Positions 8,639-18,702 of a DNA stretch of 64,000 nt are shown in pieces. Each line of letters opens with the position of its first letter. The stretch's first letter is position 1. Location of the stretch: positions 25,001-89,000 of the forward strand of contig JBEKNW010000001.1 of NCBI GenBank assembly GCA_049522435.1, in the 5' to 3' direction. The stretch is from Xanthobacteraceae bacterium. Its GTDB lineage: Bacteria; Pseudomonadota; Alphaproteobacteria; Rhizobiales; Xanthobacteraceae. The position numbers and the translations under genes are program-made. Below the pieces are notes generated by a model. That model was not told the DNA's origin, did not search any database, and saw only the letters and a list, made by a program, of their open reading frames with translations.

Positions 8639-10129
8639 GTGTCGATCCTGACCGCGCGGGGCGTGGTAAAGCGGTTCGGCGGCGTGGTGGCGCTGAACGG
8701 TGCGGAAATATCATTGTCCGCCGGTCGCGTCGGCGGCCTGCTCGGCGCGAACGGTGCGGGCAAATCGGTCCTCTCCGCCATCCTCGCCGGCGAGATCAGG
8801 CCCGACGAAGGCGAGATGTCCTTCGACGGCCGCCCGGTTTCTCATCCTTCACCGCGGGCAGCGCGCGATCGCGGCATCGTCATTGCCCATCAGCACGCCA
8901 GCCTGGTGCCGGACCTGCCGGTCTGGGAGAATCTGTTTCTCGGAGCCGAACGGCGCGGCCGGTTCGGCCTCATCGACCGGGAGGGCAGCCGCACGGCAGC
9001 GGCGGAAGCGTTGGCGCGGCTTTCCCCGGATTTCGATGTCGATCGCCTTGCCGGCGAGCTTTCGAGCGCGGAGCAGCAACTCGTCGAGATCGCGCGCGCC
9101 CTGCTGCGAAAGCCGCGCGTTCTCATCCTCGACGAACCGACCGCCAGCCTGGCGCATACCGAAGTCGAGCGTCTGTTCCAGGAAATCCGGAAACTGGCCG
9201 GCGAAGGGGTGGCAACGGTATTCATCTCGCACCGTCTGCCCGAAGTGGAGGAGATCTGCGACGATTTGGTGGTGCTCCGCAATGGGCAGACCGTCGGCAG
9301 TTGGTCCATCGGCGCCAAGCTCGATCACGACCGGCTGCTGTCGCTGATGACGGGCGAAACCGAAATCGCGGCGCACGAGCGGCTGGTACGCGACATCGGC
9401 CCGGTCGTACTGGAGGCGGCCGGGCTCGCCGTCACTCCGCGGCACGAAGGGGCGACGCTCGCGCTACGGTGCGGTGAAATAGTCGGGCTTGCCGGTCTAC
9501 AGGGCCAAGGTCAGGAAGAGATTCTCGAGGCGCTTGCCGGGGGGCGCCGTATTGCGGCCGGCCGGGTCCGGGTCGAGGGTGGCGAGCTGCGGCCGCGGCG
9601 GCCACGCGACATGATCCGCCACGGCGTGTGCCTGGTGCCCGGCGACCGCCATCGGCAGGGTCTCTTCATTGGTCAGTCGATAGAAGAGAATCTCGACTAC
9701 CCGTCAGCCTGCGTTCGTCGCCGGCCGTGGACCCTGCCTTTCGCCGAGATCCGCCGCAGCGCCCTTGAGATCATCAGGTGGCTGGGGATCAAGGCCAGCG
9801 GACCGACGCAAGCGGTCGGCGCGCTGAGCGGCGGCAACCAGCAGAAGGTGGTGATCGGCAAATGGCTGCCGCTCGCGACCAAGGTCCTGCTGCTGAGCGA
9901 CCCCGCGAAAGGGGTCGACGTCCGTGCCAAGGGCGAGATCTATGCCGCGGTCGAGCGTCTTGCCGCCGACGGCGCCGGCGTGCTGCTCTACGCGTCCGAC
10001 TTCCAGGAGTTGCTCAGCCTGTGCGACCGCGTGCTGGTCGTCTACGACGGGCGCATCGTCGGTGAGTTCGCGGGCGAGACGATGACCGAATATAACCTGC
10101 TCGCTGCCTCCTTCGGGCGCGCGGCATGA
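8639..10129 (+). CDS. Sugar-type ABC transporter ATP-binding protein (duplicated ATPase)
   Basis: 496 aa with two ABC cassettes: Walker A GANGAGKS, signature LSSAEQQ / LSGGNQQK, and Walker B ILILDEPT / LLLSDP. Confidence 0.9.
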   Translation: MSILTARGVVKRFGGVVALNGAEISLSAGRVGGLLGANGAGKSVLSAILAGEIRPDEGEMSFDGRPVSHPSPRAARDRGIVIAHQHASLVPDLPVWENLFLGAERRGRFGLIDREGSRTAAAEALARLSPDFDVDRLAGELSSAEQQLVEIARALLRKPRVLILDEPTASLAHTEVERLFQEIRKLAGEGVATVFISHRLPEVEEICDDLVVLRNGQTVGSWSIGAKLDHDRLLSLMTGETEIAAHERLVRDIGPVVLEAAGLAVTPRHEGATLALRCGEIVGLAGLQGQGQEEILEALAGGRRIAAGRVRVEGGELRPRRPRDMIRHGVCLVPGDRHRQGLFIGQSIEENLDYPSACVRRRPWTLPFAEIRRSALEIIRWLGIKASGPTQAVGALSGGNQQKVVIGKWLPLATKVLLLSDPAKGVDVRAKGEIYAAVERLAADGAGVLLYASDFQELLSLCDRVLVVYDGRIVGEFAGETMTEYNLLAASFGRAA

Positions 10130-11061
10130 GGGCCCTTCGCCACGCCGGCCTGCTGCCGAGCCTGGGAATGCTGATCGTCGTCTTCGCGATCAATGTCGCG
10201 CTCCAGCCCGGTCTCCTGACGCGCGGGTCTTTGTCCAGCAATATCGCCACCTTTGCCCCGACCGTGCTGGTCAGCGCCGCGCAGGCCATCATCGTGTTGA
10301 GCGGCGAACTCGATCTGTCCGTCGGGACCGGTGTGTCGATGCTCAATTGCGCATTGGCGACACTGCCGGAGCTCGCGGGTTGGGGCCTGTGGCCGACCCT
10401 CGCCGCGACCTTCGCGATCGCCCTGCTGGCCGGAGCGACGAACGGCGTGCTCGTCGCCTATCTGCGGCTGCCGTCGCTCATCGTCACATTCGCCACCAGC
10501 GCGATCTGGTTCGGTGTGGCGCTGATCTTCCGGCCGCAGCCGGGCGGCAGCGTCGACCCGGCATTCGGCGACTTCTACGCCGGCAGCGTCTGGGGTGTTC
10601 CGATCGCGCTGATCCTCATCCTTGTCGCCCTCGGTCTCTGGTCGGCGCTGCAACGCTATCCACTGGGGCGGCAATTGCTGGCGGTCGGAGGCAACTCCGT
10701 GGCCGCCTTCCATGCCGGCATTGCCGTCCGCTGGGTCAAGTTTTGCGGCTACTGCATCGCGTGGTGCTTCGTCTACCTTGGCTCCCTCGCCATCTCGGCA
10801 CAGACCCTCTCCGGCGATTCCCGGCTGGGTCTTCCTTACACCTTGACCTCGGTGGCGGCCGTGGTGATCGGCGGCATTTCGCTCGCCGGCGGCCGCGGCT
10901 CGGTCTGGGGTGCGGCGTTCGGCGCAATCGCGCTGGGACTCGTCGCCAATGTCATCTACTTCGCCGGCATCCCCAGCATCTATCAGGAGTTCTTCAAAGG
11001 CATCGTGATCTGCATGGCCTTGAGCTTCACCTTCATCGTCGGCCGGAGGAAAACCGCGTGA
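10126..11061 (+). CDS. ABC transporter permease (ribose-type)
   Basis: Multi-TM protein with the VVIGGISLAGGRGSVWG motif. The start overlaps the ATPase stop. Confidence 0.85.
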   Translation: MRALRHAGLLPSLGMLIVVFAINVALQPGLLTRGSLSSNIATFAPTVLVSAAQAIIVLSGELDLSVGTGVSMLNCALATLPELAGWGLWPTLAATFAIALLAGATNGVLVAYLRLPSLIVTFATSAIWFGVALIFRPQPGGSVDPAFGDFYAGSVWGVPIALILILVALGLWSALQRYPLGRQLLAVGGNSVAAFHAGIAVRWVKFCGYCIAWCFVYLGSLAISAQTLSGDSRLGLPYTLTSVAAVVIGGISLAGGRGSVWGAAFGAIALGLVANVIYFAGIPSIYQEFFKGIVICMALSFTFIVGRRKTA

Positions 11062-11999
11062 TCACATTCCTGCGCACCGGCGGACTGTTGCTGGCTCTTA
11101 GCGTTGTATTGATGGTCCTGGGAAATTTCGTTACGCCCGGGTTCCTCAGTTTCACGCAAGTCAGTACGCAGCTCAAGATCAGCGCGTTCCTCGGCCTGTT
11201 CGCGCTGTGCCAAACTTTCGTCCTCATCGCCGGCGGTGAAGGTATCGATCTCTCGGTCGGCGCCAACGGCTCGCTCGGCGGCATCGTCGGCGCCGCGCTT
11301 ATTCAGGGCCAGGATAGCGCCGTCCTGCCGGTCGCCATCCTCATGGGACTGGCCGGCGCCGCCGTCGGCACAATCAACGGGCTGGGCGTGGCGCTGTTCG
11401 GCGTGCCGCCCCTGGTGATGACGCTGGCGATCGCCAGCATCGTCAACGGCGGGCTGATCATTTTCGAATCGATCGCGCAGCCGGCAATCGCCGCGAGCCC
11501 TTTTCTGGCGCAGCTCGCCGGCCGCACCACCTTAGGCGTGCCCAACATCTTCCTCTTATGGATCGCCATCGGGCTGGCTGCGGTGTGGTTTCTCTCTGCC
11601 ACCGCCTGGGGCCGCAAGATTTTCGGCACCGGCGCAAACGCCCAGGTGGCGCTGCTCTCCGGCACCAATGTTCCGCTGGTGAAGATATCGGTCTATGCGA
11701 TCAGCGGGCTCGTCGCGGCGCTCAGCGGGTTTTGCCTCATCGGTTACGTCGGCGCGGCCTTTCTCGGCTTGGGCGACGCTTACGTGTTGTCGAGCATTGT
11801 GGTCGCAGTGATCGGCGGCATGTCGCTTGCCGGCGGCAGGGGATCCTATATCGGTGTCGCCGCCGCGGCCATTCTGATCACGGTCTTGACCAGCCTCTTG
11901 ACCACGATGCAGATCGGCGAGGCGGGACGCCAGATTGTGTTCGGCTGCATCCTCGTCGTTTTCCTGCTGCTCAACCGCCGCCTCGACCGCGCGGGCTGA
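11058..11999 (+). CDS. ABC transporter permease (ribose-type), second subunit
   Basis: In-frame GTG at 11058 overlaps the previous stop (GTGA). VITFLRTGGLLLALS...VAVIGGMSLAGGRGSYIG. The upstream 237 codons of track ORF 10347..11999 are an Arg-rich shadow frame over permease 1. Confidence 0.8.
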   Translation: MITFLRTGGLLLALSVVLMVLGNFVTPGFLSFTQVSTQLKISAFLGLFALCQTFVLIAGGEGIDLSVGANGSLGGIVGAALIQGQDSAVLPVAILMGLAGAAVGTINGLGVALFGVPPLVMTLAIASIVNGGLIIFESIAQPAIAASPFLAQLAGRTTLGVPNIFLLWIAIGLAAVWFLSATAWGRKIFGTGANAQVALLSGTNVPLVKISVYAISGLVAALSGFCLIGYVGAAFLGLGDAYVLSSIVVAVIGGMSLAGGRGSYIGVAAAAILITVLTSLLTTMQIGEAGRQIVFGCILVVFLLLNRRLDRAG

Positions 12000-12000
12000 A

Positions 12001-12038
12001 GGTTCACACCGCGGTCGCGAACCTGCCGGCATTTTTAC
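12001..12038 (+). terminator. Possible weak terminator or attenuator hairpin after the permease gene
   Basis: GGTTC-ACACCGCGGTCGC-GAACC imperfect hairpin, followed by TGCCGGCA and a TTTTT run. Confidence 0.3.
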
Positions 12039-12179
12039 GTTCCGACTCGTCGTGTCCTTCCCAAGAATCATATCCGCGCATCTGCCGGGTCGTCATTATT
12101 GACACCCCCAACTCGATTATCGATAAGTGACCGTTCAATGAAAAGACGCCCGGGAAGGACCGTCGTGGGGAGTCAAATC

Positions 12180-13952
12180 ATGATTGCCACTTTCTTTGGC
12201 GACAAAGAATTTCCGATTGAGTGGGACGAGGGGCAAAAGGAGCTGTTCTGGGTCTACGACGACTTGCACATCCCAAACCCTGTGTCGCCGATGTATGCTG
12301 ACATTGGCGGTTGGTGGTTGAGTTGCGACTACATGTTCCGCCGGTTTGGTACTCCGTTCGCATCGGATTGGTTGGTCAAGGTCATCAACGGTTATATTTA
12401 CAGTGCCGCGATTCCGGCGAAGCCGGACGTCCGTGCCGTGGCTTCGGAATACGGGGCTCGCTACATGGGTCGGACGCCGGTTGATGCGGCGTATTCGACG
12501 CAAATCGGCGCCTATCTCGGCTGGACGCTTCCTTACTACGCCGACCACTTTCTAGATTGGTGGCGCGAGCGTTTCCGTCCGGAAATGGAGCACAACTTCG
12601 TTCGTTTCGACACCTATGATTACGATGGCGCGAGCCTGCTCGAACTCGCGATTCTGCTCGAGGATGTCATCGACATTCACGACCGCCACTGGAAAATTCA
12701 CTGGCTGCTCAATTTCTCCCAATTCTCCGCGACCATGGCTCTCAACCAAGCGGTCGCCGAGGTGAAGGGCGAAGGCGACCGCGGGGAACTCATGGGACGT
12801 CTGCAAGCGTCGACCGAGGACCGCAACTGGGACTCGATCAAGGGGCTGTGGGAACTGAAAGAGTTCGTCAAGGGTGAGGGCGGAGATGTCGCCAAGGCGT
12901 TCAGGAAGCCCACGGCGAAGGACGTGCTCGCCGCCTTGAAGGAGAGCAAAGCTGGGCGCTCTTTCATTGCCAATCAGCTCGATCCCTATCTGAACGTTTT
13001 CGGCTATAAGTCCATGTGGGCACATGAATTCTCCTTCAAGACGTGGAAAGAGAACCCAGTGCCGGCGATCGAAGCCATTCGCGGTTACCTCGAGACGGAC
13101 TACGACTTCCGCACTGATCTCGAGAGGGTGGGTTGCGATCTCGAGGCCGCTAAGGCGCAGGTCATGGAAGGGGTTCCCGCCGGAGAAGGTCGTGACAAGT
13201 TGGCCCGCGCCCTCGCGCTGAGCCTGAAGATGAATCCGCTCACGCCTGATCATCACTTCTACATCGACCAAGGGACCAATGCGCGCGTTCGCGTCGTCCT
13301 AATCGCAATCGGGACGAAATTGGTTGCGCAAGGAGTGCTGCTCGACCCCGAGGACGTGATGTATCTGCACTACAACGAACTGCGTGCTGTCATGGCGGGC
13401 AGCTTCCCTGGGGATGTGCCGGAACTGGTGTCCGATCGCCGTGACCAGCGCGAGGACGCCTATAAGCTGCGTCCGCGCGATTGGGTGGGGACCGCTACCG
13501 ATGAAGCGCTGGCCTTCCCCTATCTGACGAACTGGGGATTCCCGGAGAAATTCCACCGCAAGCCCCCGACGAGCGCCGGCGTCATCAATGGGCTGCCCGC
13601 ATCGAGCGGGGTGGTCGAAGGAATCGCCAGAGTGCTGCTTACTCCCGATGATTTCGACAAAGTTCAGAAGGGAGAGATCGCCGTTTGCCGTACGACGAGT
13701 CCAGCCTGGGTGGTCTTGTTCACCCGGATCGGGGGTCTTGTGACCGATGCCGGGGGTATGGCCTCCCACCCCGCGGTTGTTTCCCGTGAGTTCGGCATTC
13801 CGGCCGTGGTCGGCACATCGGATGCGACGCTGCGCATCACAACGGGCGACCGGGTTCGCGTGAATGGCTCGACGGGACAGGTGGATGTTCTCTCCACGTC
13901 CGCGAAACAGGCGGCGCAAAAGGCGACGGAGGAGTCTCCCCTCCACATCTGA
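12180..13952 (+). CDS. PEP-utilizing enzyme mobile (phospho-His swivel) domain protein, phenylphosphate synthase PpsA-like (590 aa)
   Basis: The C-terminal ~90 aa are GLPASSGVVEGIARVL...GEIAVCRTTSPAWVVLFTRIGGLVTDAGGMASHPAVVSREFGIPAVVGT, the canonical swivel domain with the catalytic His. I could not assign the ~490-aa N-terminal body. Start placed at ATG 12180, preceded by GGGGAG. Confidence 0.7.
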   Translation: MIATFFGDKEFPIEWDEGQKELFWVYDDLHIPNPVSPMYADIGGWWLSCDYMFRRFGTPFASDWLVKVINGYIYSAAIPAKPDVRAVASEYGARYMGRTPVDAAYSTQIGAYLGWTLPYYADHFLDWWRERFRPEMEHNFVRFDTYDYDGASLLELAILLEDVIDIHDRHWKIHWLLNFSQFSATMALNQAVAEVKGEGDRGELMGRLQASTEDRNWDSIKGLWELKEFVKGEGGDVAKAFRKPTAKDVLAALKESKAGRSFIANQLDPYLNVFGYKSMWAHEFSFKTWKENPVPAIEAIRGYLETDYDFRTDLERVGCDLEAAKAQVMEGVPAGEGRDKLARALALSLKMNPLTPDHHFYIDQGTNARVRVVLIAIGTKLVAQGVLLDPEDVMYLHYNELRAVMAGSFPGDVPELVSDRRDQREDAYKLRPRDWVGTATDEALAFPYLTNWGFPEKFHRKPPTSAGVINGLPASSGVVEGIARVLLTPDDFDKVQKGEIAVCRTTSPAWVVLFTRIGGLVTDAGGMASHPAVVSREFGIPAVVGTSDATLRITTGDRVRVNGSTGQVDVLSTSAKQAAQKATEESPLHI

Positions 13953-13967
13953 TTAAGACGGCGTGAA

Positions 13968-14792
13968 ATGACCGGCTCGTCCTTTGTGCTATCCTTCGGC
14001 GACCCGCAGTGTCGTACTGTGAGCCTCAGCGGTGGGAAGGGCGGAAGCATGGCGACCATGATGCAGGAGGGACTGCCGGTTCCTCCAGGTTTCGTGGTCA
14101 CCTCTGCCGCGTTTACCGCCGCGGTTGACCAGGAGCGGCTACGAACTTGCTGCCGCGCCCGCGACATGACCGGCGCTCGGGAGATCGTCGCAGCGGCAAG
14201 GCCACCGGCGACGATCGTTGCCGAGCACTACGCCGTGCTCAATGGCCTAGTCGCGGTGCGTTCCTCGGCATGCGCGGAAGACTCCGAGGGAGCGAGCTAC
14301 GCCGGCCAGCAGGAGACCTATCTCAACGTCGATGGGCTTCCCGCCGTGCTCGAAAAAATCGTGGAGTGCTGGTTGTCTTTCTTCACCGACCGCGCCGTCT
14401 TCTATCGCGCCGAAAAGGGCTCCTTGGAGGACATTGCTATGGCTGTCGTCGTCCAACAGATGATCGACTCGAAGAAGTCCGGGGTCCTCTTTACCGTTGA
14501 CCCGGTGCACGGCCGCAAAGACCGAATGGTCGTTGAGGCCGCGTTCGGCCTCGGCGAGAATGTGGTCGATGGTGAGCATACTCCCGACCACTATTCATTG
14601 GATCGTAAGGGTATGATCAAGCGCAGCCACATCGTTGGCAAGCAGGTTCTAGACGAGACTGAGTTGAAGCTACTGGCGGCTCTGGGGCGGAAGTTGGAGG
14701 AAATGCACGGGTGCCCGCAGGACATCGAGTGGGCATTCGACCAGATCGGCGACCTCTTCCTCCTGCAGTCCCGGCCGATTACCGCCATCTAA
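13968..14792 (+). CDS. Stand-alone PEP synthase/PPDK N-terminal ATP-grasp (nucleotide-binding) domain protein, PpsB-like (274 aa)
   Basis: LSGGKGGSMATMMQEGLPVPPGFVVTSAAF...VAVRSSACAEDSEGASYAGQQETYLNV...DIEWAF...LFLLQSRPIT. Lies 15 nt downstream of the swivel-domain gene. Confidence 0.75.
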   Translation: MTGSSFVLSFGDPQCRTVSLSGGKGGSMATMMQEGLPVPPGFVVTSAAFTAAVDQERLRTCCRARDMTGAREIVAAARPPATIVAEHYAVLNGLVAVRSSACAEDSEGASYAGQQETYLNVDGLPAVLEKIVECWLSFFTDRAVFYRAEKGSLEDIAMAVVVQQMIDSKKSGVLFTVDPVHGRKDRMVVEAAFGLGENVVDGEHTPDHYSLDRKGMIKRSHIVGKQVLDETELKLLAALGRKLEEMHGCPQDIEWAFDQIGDLFLLQSRPITAI

Positions 14793-14959
14793 AAGGTCCG
14801 CAGATGAGGTGCGTAACCTACGAGCGCAACGGCCGGTGGAACCAAGCGTAGTGGCATGGCCGCGAACTCGGTGCCGCCGGCGCTTTGGAATTTACCAACG
14901 CTGGAACCTACTACTTCGGCGCGGGTTTGGCGCAAACCGACTGAGCCACGGAAAAGAAC

Positions 14960-15829
14960 GTGCGGCCGTTTCGCTGGGTGAGACCGACTAGCCTTCAGGA
15001 AGTGATCGGCTTCCTGGAGGAGCATGGCGCCGCCGCCGTGTTGCTCGCGGGCGGCACCGACCTCATCGTCGGTCTGCGCGACGGGAAGATAGCCCCGCGC
15101 GTAATCATCGACGTGAAACGTACAAGCGACCTGCCACCGATCATCACCGAAGCAGATGGTTGGCTCACGATCAGCGCGACAGTGGCGCTGAGCGATATCG
15201 AAAGGCACGAGACCGTGCGTTTCCACTTCCCGGCGCTTGCGGAGGCCGCAGGCGTGGTGGGATCCATCCAAATTCGTAACCGCGCCACCTTGGTCGGTAA
15301 CGTCTGCAACGCCTCCCCGGCCGCGGACACCGTTCCCGTGCTCGCAGTATACGGCGCTTTTGTAAAAGTGCTCGGCCCCGGTGGCGAGCGGCGGTTACCT
15401 ATCGTCGACTTCATTCAGGGCAACCGACGCACCGCCCTTGCTGCCGGCGAGCTCGCCACGGCCGTGAGCATCCCGTTTCCAAATCAGCCCTTCGGCGCTG
15501 CCTTCGCCCGAATTACACGGCGGCGCGGCGTCGACTTGGCCACCGTGAACCTCTGCTGCGGCATCGACAATGCCGGAGTGACGACTTTCGCATTCGGCGC
15601 CGTGTCGCCGCGCCCCCTGCTGCTGCGAGACGCTGGTGGCGCCCTAGCCGATCCATTTGCCGCAGCCGAGGCTAAAGCAATCGCGCTGGACGCTTTGATC
15701 TCGAAGGCCTCTCCTATCACGGACGTGCGTGCGAGTGCGCAATACCGTCTGGCGATGCTGAGGGTATTGGCAAAGCGAGCCCAACGCCGAGCTGCCGAAA
15801 GACTTGCCGATGGAAAGAAACATGGGTGA
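14960..15829 (+). CDS. Molybdenum hydroxylase FAD-binding subunit (CoxM-like)
   Basis: LLAGGTDLIVGLRDG...IRNRATLVGNVCNASPAAD, plus a CO-dehydrogenase flavoprotein C-terminal-like tail (RASAQYRLAMLRVL). Confidence 0.8.
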   Translation: MRPFRWVRPTSLQEVIGFLEEHGAAAVLLAGGTDLIVGLRDGKIAPRVIIDVKRTSDLPPIITEADGWLTISATVALSDIERHETVRFHFPALAEAAGVVGSIQIRNRATLVGNVCNASPAADTVPVLAVYGAFVKVLGPGGERRLPIVDFIQGNRRTALAAGELATAVSIPFPNQPFGAAFARITRRRGVDLATVNLCCGIDNAGVTTFAFGAVSPRPLLLRDAGGALADPFAAAEAKAIALDALISKASPITDVRASAQYRLAMLRVLAKRAQRRAAERLADGKKHG

Positions 15830-18644
15830 CACGAACCCAATCGAAATTACCGTCAACGGCCGACGCCACTCGTTGGATATCGGCTCCAACACCACCTTGT
15901 TGGACCTGCTGCGCGACACCTTGCACCTGTACGGTCCGAAAGAGTGCTGTGGCGTGGGCGAGTGCGGCGCCTGCACGGTGTCCGTCAACGGCCGCACCGT
16001 CAACTCCTGCCTAATGCTTGCCGTCGAGGCCGACGACGCCGAGGTGGTCACGATCGAAGGGCTCGGCGCCGGGGAACTCAACCCACTGCAAGAGGCCTTC
16101 ATCGACCACGGTGCGGTGCAGTGCGGGTTCTGCATCCCCGGTATGCTGATGTCCGCCCAAGCGCTACTCGACCAGGACCTGCAACCAGACGATGAGAAGA
16201 TTCGCGAAGGTTTGTCGGGTAACCTTTGCCGTTGCGGCGGGTACAATCGGATAGTCGAAGCCGTCCGCGCAGTGGCGACAGCGGGTGGAACCGGCAAGGA
16301 TACCCGCGCGAAGAAGTTTGCCGGCGACGATGCGGGATGTGGTCCGCATCGGCCAGACCACGCGCCCAGGCGCTACGGACAAAACGTCGAAACCTGCGTC
16401 GGCGCCAATGTGCGGCGTCTCGGCGGCCGCGAACGCGTGAGTGGAATCCAAAAATTCCTTGCGGACATCCCGCTTCAGGGCATGCTTCACGTCAAACTTG
16501 TCACCCTTGACGCGGCCCGAGCACGCATCGTCTCCATCGACACCACCGAGGCTCGCACTCTGCCCGGTGTCGTCGACATCATTACGGCGGACGATTTACC
16601 AACGCCGGTTCCGCGTTTCGGCCCGGTCTACAAGGACCGGCCAGTCCTCGCAGTTAGTGAGACCAAATACCACGGTGAGCCCGTGGCGGCCGTGGCGGCA
16701 GAGTCGAAGGAGACGGCCGAACTGGCGGTGTCCTTGGTGCGCGTCGAATACGAGGCATTGCCCGCGGCTTTCTCCGTGACGGGCGCGCTCGCGCCGGATG
16801 CGCCACTCGTGCAAGACCCGGCGCTCCGTGCCGGCGATCCGCTGGCCGCCACCAATGTCCTCAAGGAGCGGAGATATGGCTGGGGCGACGTCGACTCCGC
16901 GAAGGCCGACATCGTTGTCGAGAATTCTTATTCATTCCCGATGGTTACGCATTTTGCGATCGAGCCCCACGGTTTCATGGCGTTGGTCGAGAAAGACGGT
17001 CTGAAAATATGGAGTCCGGTCCAGCATCCGTTCCTGCTGCAGAGGATCATGGCGGAGCTCTTCGACCTGCCGTTGACCCAGGTGCGCGTATTTGCTCCAG
17101 ATCCGGGCGGTGGTTTCGGCGGGAAGCAAAACCCCAAGCTTGAGCCTCTAGTGACATACCTGGCGCTTCGCACTGGCCGCCCTTGCCGGCTGGTGCTCAG
17201 CCTGGAGGAGACATTCCAGGCCGTTCGGCGCACTGCCGCGGAGATACACGTACGCACCGGTTTCACCCGATCCGGGGAAATACTCTTTCAGGACATCAAA
17301 TCCGACTTTCTGGTCGGTGCCTATGCCGACATCGCGGAACGGGTCATGACCAAGGCGAACTATTTGGGCTGTGGCCCTTACCGGACAGCCAACGCCAGAA
17401 TCCACGCCCGGGCGGTGCTATCGCACACTACGCCTAGTTGCGCCTTTCGCGGCTTCGGCGCGCCGCAAATCGCTTGGGCAGTGGAGTCGCAGATGGACGC
17501 AGCGGCTCGGGAACTCGGCTTGGACGGGTTGAACATCCGAATGCGCAATCTTGCAAGGAAAGGGGATGAGGTCGTGCGCGGGGACACGCCCGCAGATGGC
17601 AACTGGCCGGAAACGGTGCGCCGTGCGGCGGAAGCGGTGGGCTGGAACACCCCGCTTGCTCCTGGGCGTGGTCGCGGGATTGCCGTGGGCATCAAGTCCG
17701 GCGCCACCACGGGTCTTTCAAACTCCACCATACGGCTGCTCGCCGACGGCAGCGTCATCATCTATGCCGGAACATCCGACATGGGCCAGGGGGCAAGGAC
17801 GATTTTCGCTCAGCTCGCGGCGGACGCGCTCGGCGCACCACTGGAAAAAGTGTCGGTGGTGATGGGGGATACTTCCGTAGTACCCTTCGACCTGCAAACA
17901 TCGGCGAGCCGGTCGACGGTGTTCATGGGCACTGCCATCGTTCGTGCTTGCGAGGACATCCACGAGCAATTGCGCGAGATGGCCGCCGACCTGCTTGGGT
18001 ACGCCAAGGCCGAAGTGAGCGTAGCGAGCGGCGTGGTGAACCTTCCGGACCGCGCATTGTCGATTGCCGAATTCATTGCAGGCAAGCTCGGGCCCTGGAA
18101 CGGCGAACTGATCGGCAATGGCCGGATGCGAAAACCGGCCGCGCCCGACCATCCGCTGGGTGGGACGCCGGCCTTTTACGAGTTCAACTGCACCGCGTTT
18201 GAAGTCGAGGTGGACACCGATACCGGCGAGATTCTCATTCACAAGCACGTCACCGTCGGCGATGTCGGGAAGGCGCTGAACCCACTACAGGTGGAGGCGC
18301 AGGATGAGGGCGCGGCTATCATGGGGCTCGGTCACACGTTGATGGAACATATCATTCTCGATGGCGAAGGACGTATCAGCAATCTCGGTGCCCTGGACTA
18401 CCGCATTCCGACTACCAAGGATGTCCCGCTAGCGCTGCAGGCGCTGAGTGTTGAGAACGCGGACGGCCCAGGACCTTACGGATCAAAGGGGGTCAGCGAA
18501 GGCGCTTTGCTCTGCACCGCCCCGGCACTTGCTGCGGCTTTAACCCAGGCGACCGGTGTCGTGATCAGGGACCTACCTCTGACGCCGGAGCGCGTGTGGC
18601 GGGCCATACAGGATGGCTCTGGCCGGGACAGGTCAGGCCGATGA
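15822..18644 (+). CDS. Fused [2Fe-2S] small subunit / molybdopterin-binding large subunit of a xanthine dehydrogenase-family hydroxylase
   Basis: N-terminus: CGVGECGACTV and CGFCIPGM...CRCGGY. A ~60-aa linker follows, then the hammerhead and MoCo domains (GGGFGGKQ, SCAFRGFGAPQIAWAVESQMD, PGPYGSKGVSEGALLC). The start overlaps the FAD-subunit stop by 8 nt. Confidence 0.85.
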   Translation: MGDTNPIEITVNGRRHSLDIGSNTTLLDLLRDTLHLYGPKECCGVGECGACTVSVNGRTVNSCLMLAVEADDAEVVTIEGLGAGELNPLQEAFIDHGAVQCGFCIPGMLMSAQALLDQDLQPDDEKIREGLSGNLCRCGGYNRIVEAVRAVATAGGTGKDTRAKKFAGDDAGCGPHRPDHAPRRYGQNVETCVGANVRRLGGRERVSGIQKFLADIPLQGMLHVKLVTLDAARARIVSIDTTEARTLPGVVDIITADDLPTPVPRFGPVYKDRPVLAVSETKYHGEPVAAVAAESKETAELAVSLVRVEYEALPAAFSVTGALAPDAPLVQDPALRAGDPLAATNVLKERRYGWGDVDSAKADIVVENSYSFPMVTHFAIEPHGFMALVEKDGLKIWSPVQHPFLLQRIMAELFDLPLTQVRVFAPDPGGGFGGKQNPKLEPLVTYLALRTGRPCRLVLSLEETFQAVRRTAAEIHVRTGFTRSGEILFQDIKSDFLVGAYADIAERVMTKANYLGCGPYRTANARIHARAVLSHTTPSCAFRGFGAPQIAWAVESQMDAAARELGLDGLNIRMRNLARKGDEVVRGDTPADGNWPETVRRAAEAVGWNTPLAPGRGRGIAVGIKSGATTGLSNSTIRLLADGSVIIYAGTSDMGQGARTIFAQLAADALGAPLEKVSVVMGDTSVVPFDLQTSASRSTVFMGTAIVRACEDIHEQLREMAADLLGYAKAEVSVASGVVNLPDRALSIAEFIAGKLGPWNGELIGNGRMRKPAAPDHPLGGTPAFYEFNCTAFEVEVDTDTGEILIHKHVTVGDVGKALNPLQVEAQDEGAAIMGLGHTLMEHIILDGEGRISNLGALDYRIPTTKDVPLALQALSVENADGPGPYGSKGVSEGALLCTAPALAAALTQATGVVIRDLPLTPERVWRAIQDGSGRDRSGR

Positions 18645-18702
18645 CATCGCCCATCCGGCTCGGAACATGTTTTTGCAGGACTGGACAAGGGAAGAGAGCA
18701 CA

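Noticed and set aside
10347-11057. N-terminal 237 codons of the 550-aa track ORF 10347..11999
   Set aside because: This part overlaps permease 1 in another frame and is Arg/Pro-rich. Real permease-like sequence begins only at the GTG at 11058, which overlaps the upstream stop.
12099-12127. TTGACA-N17-GATAAG sigma-70-like promoter upstream of the PpsA-like gene
   Set aside because: The -35 element is perfect but the -10 is poor. With no transcript data it is too weak to call.
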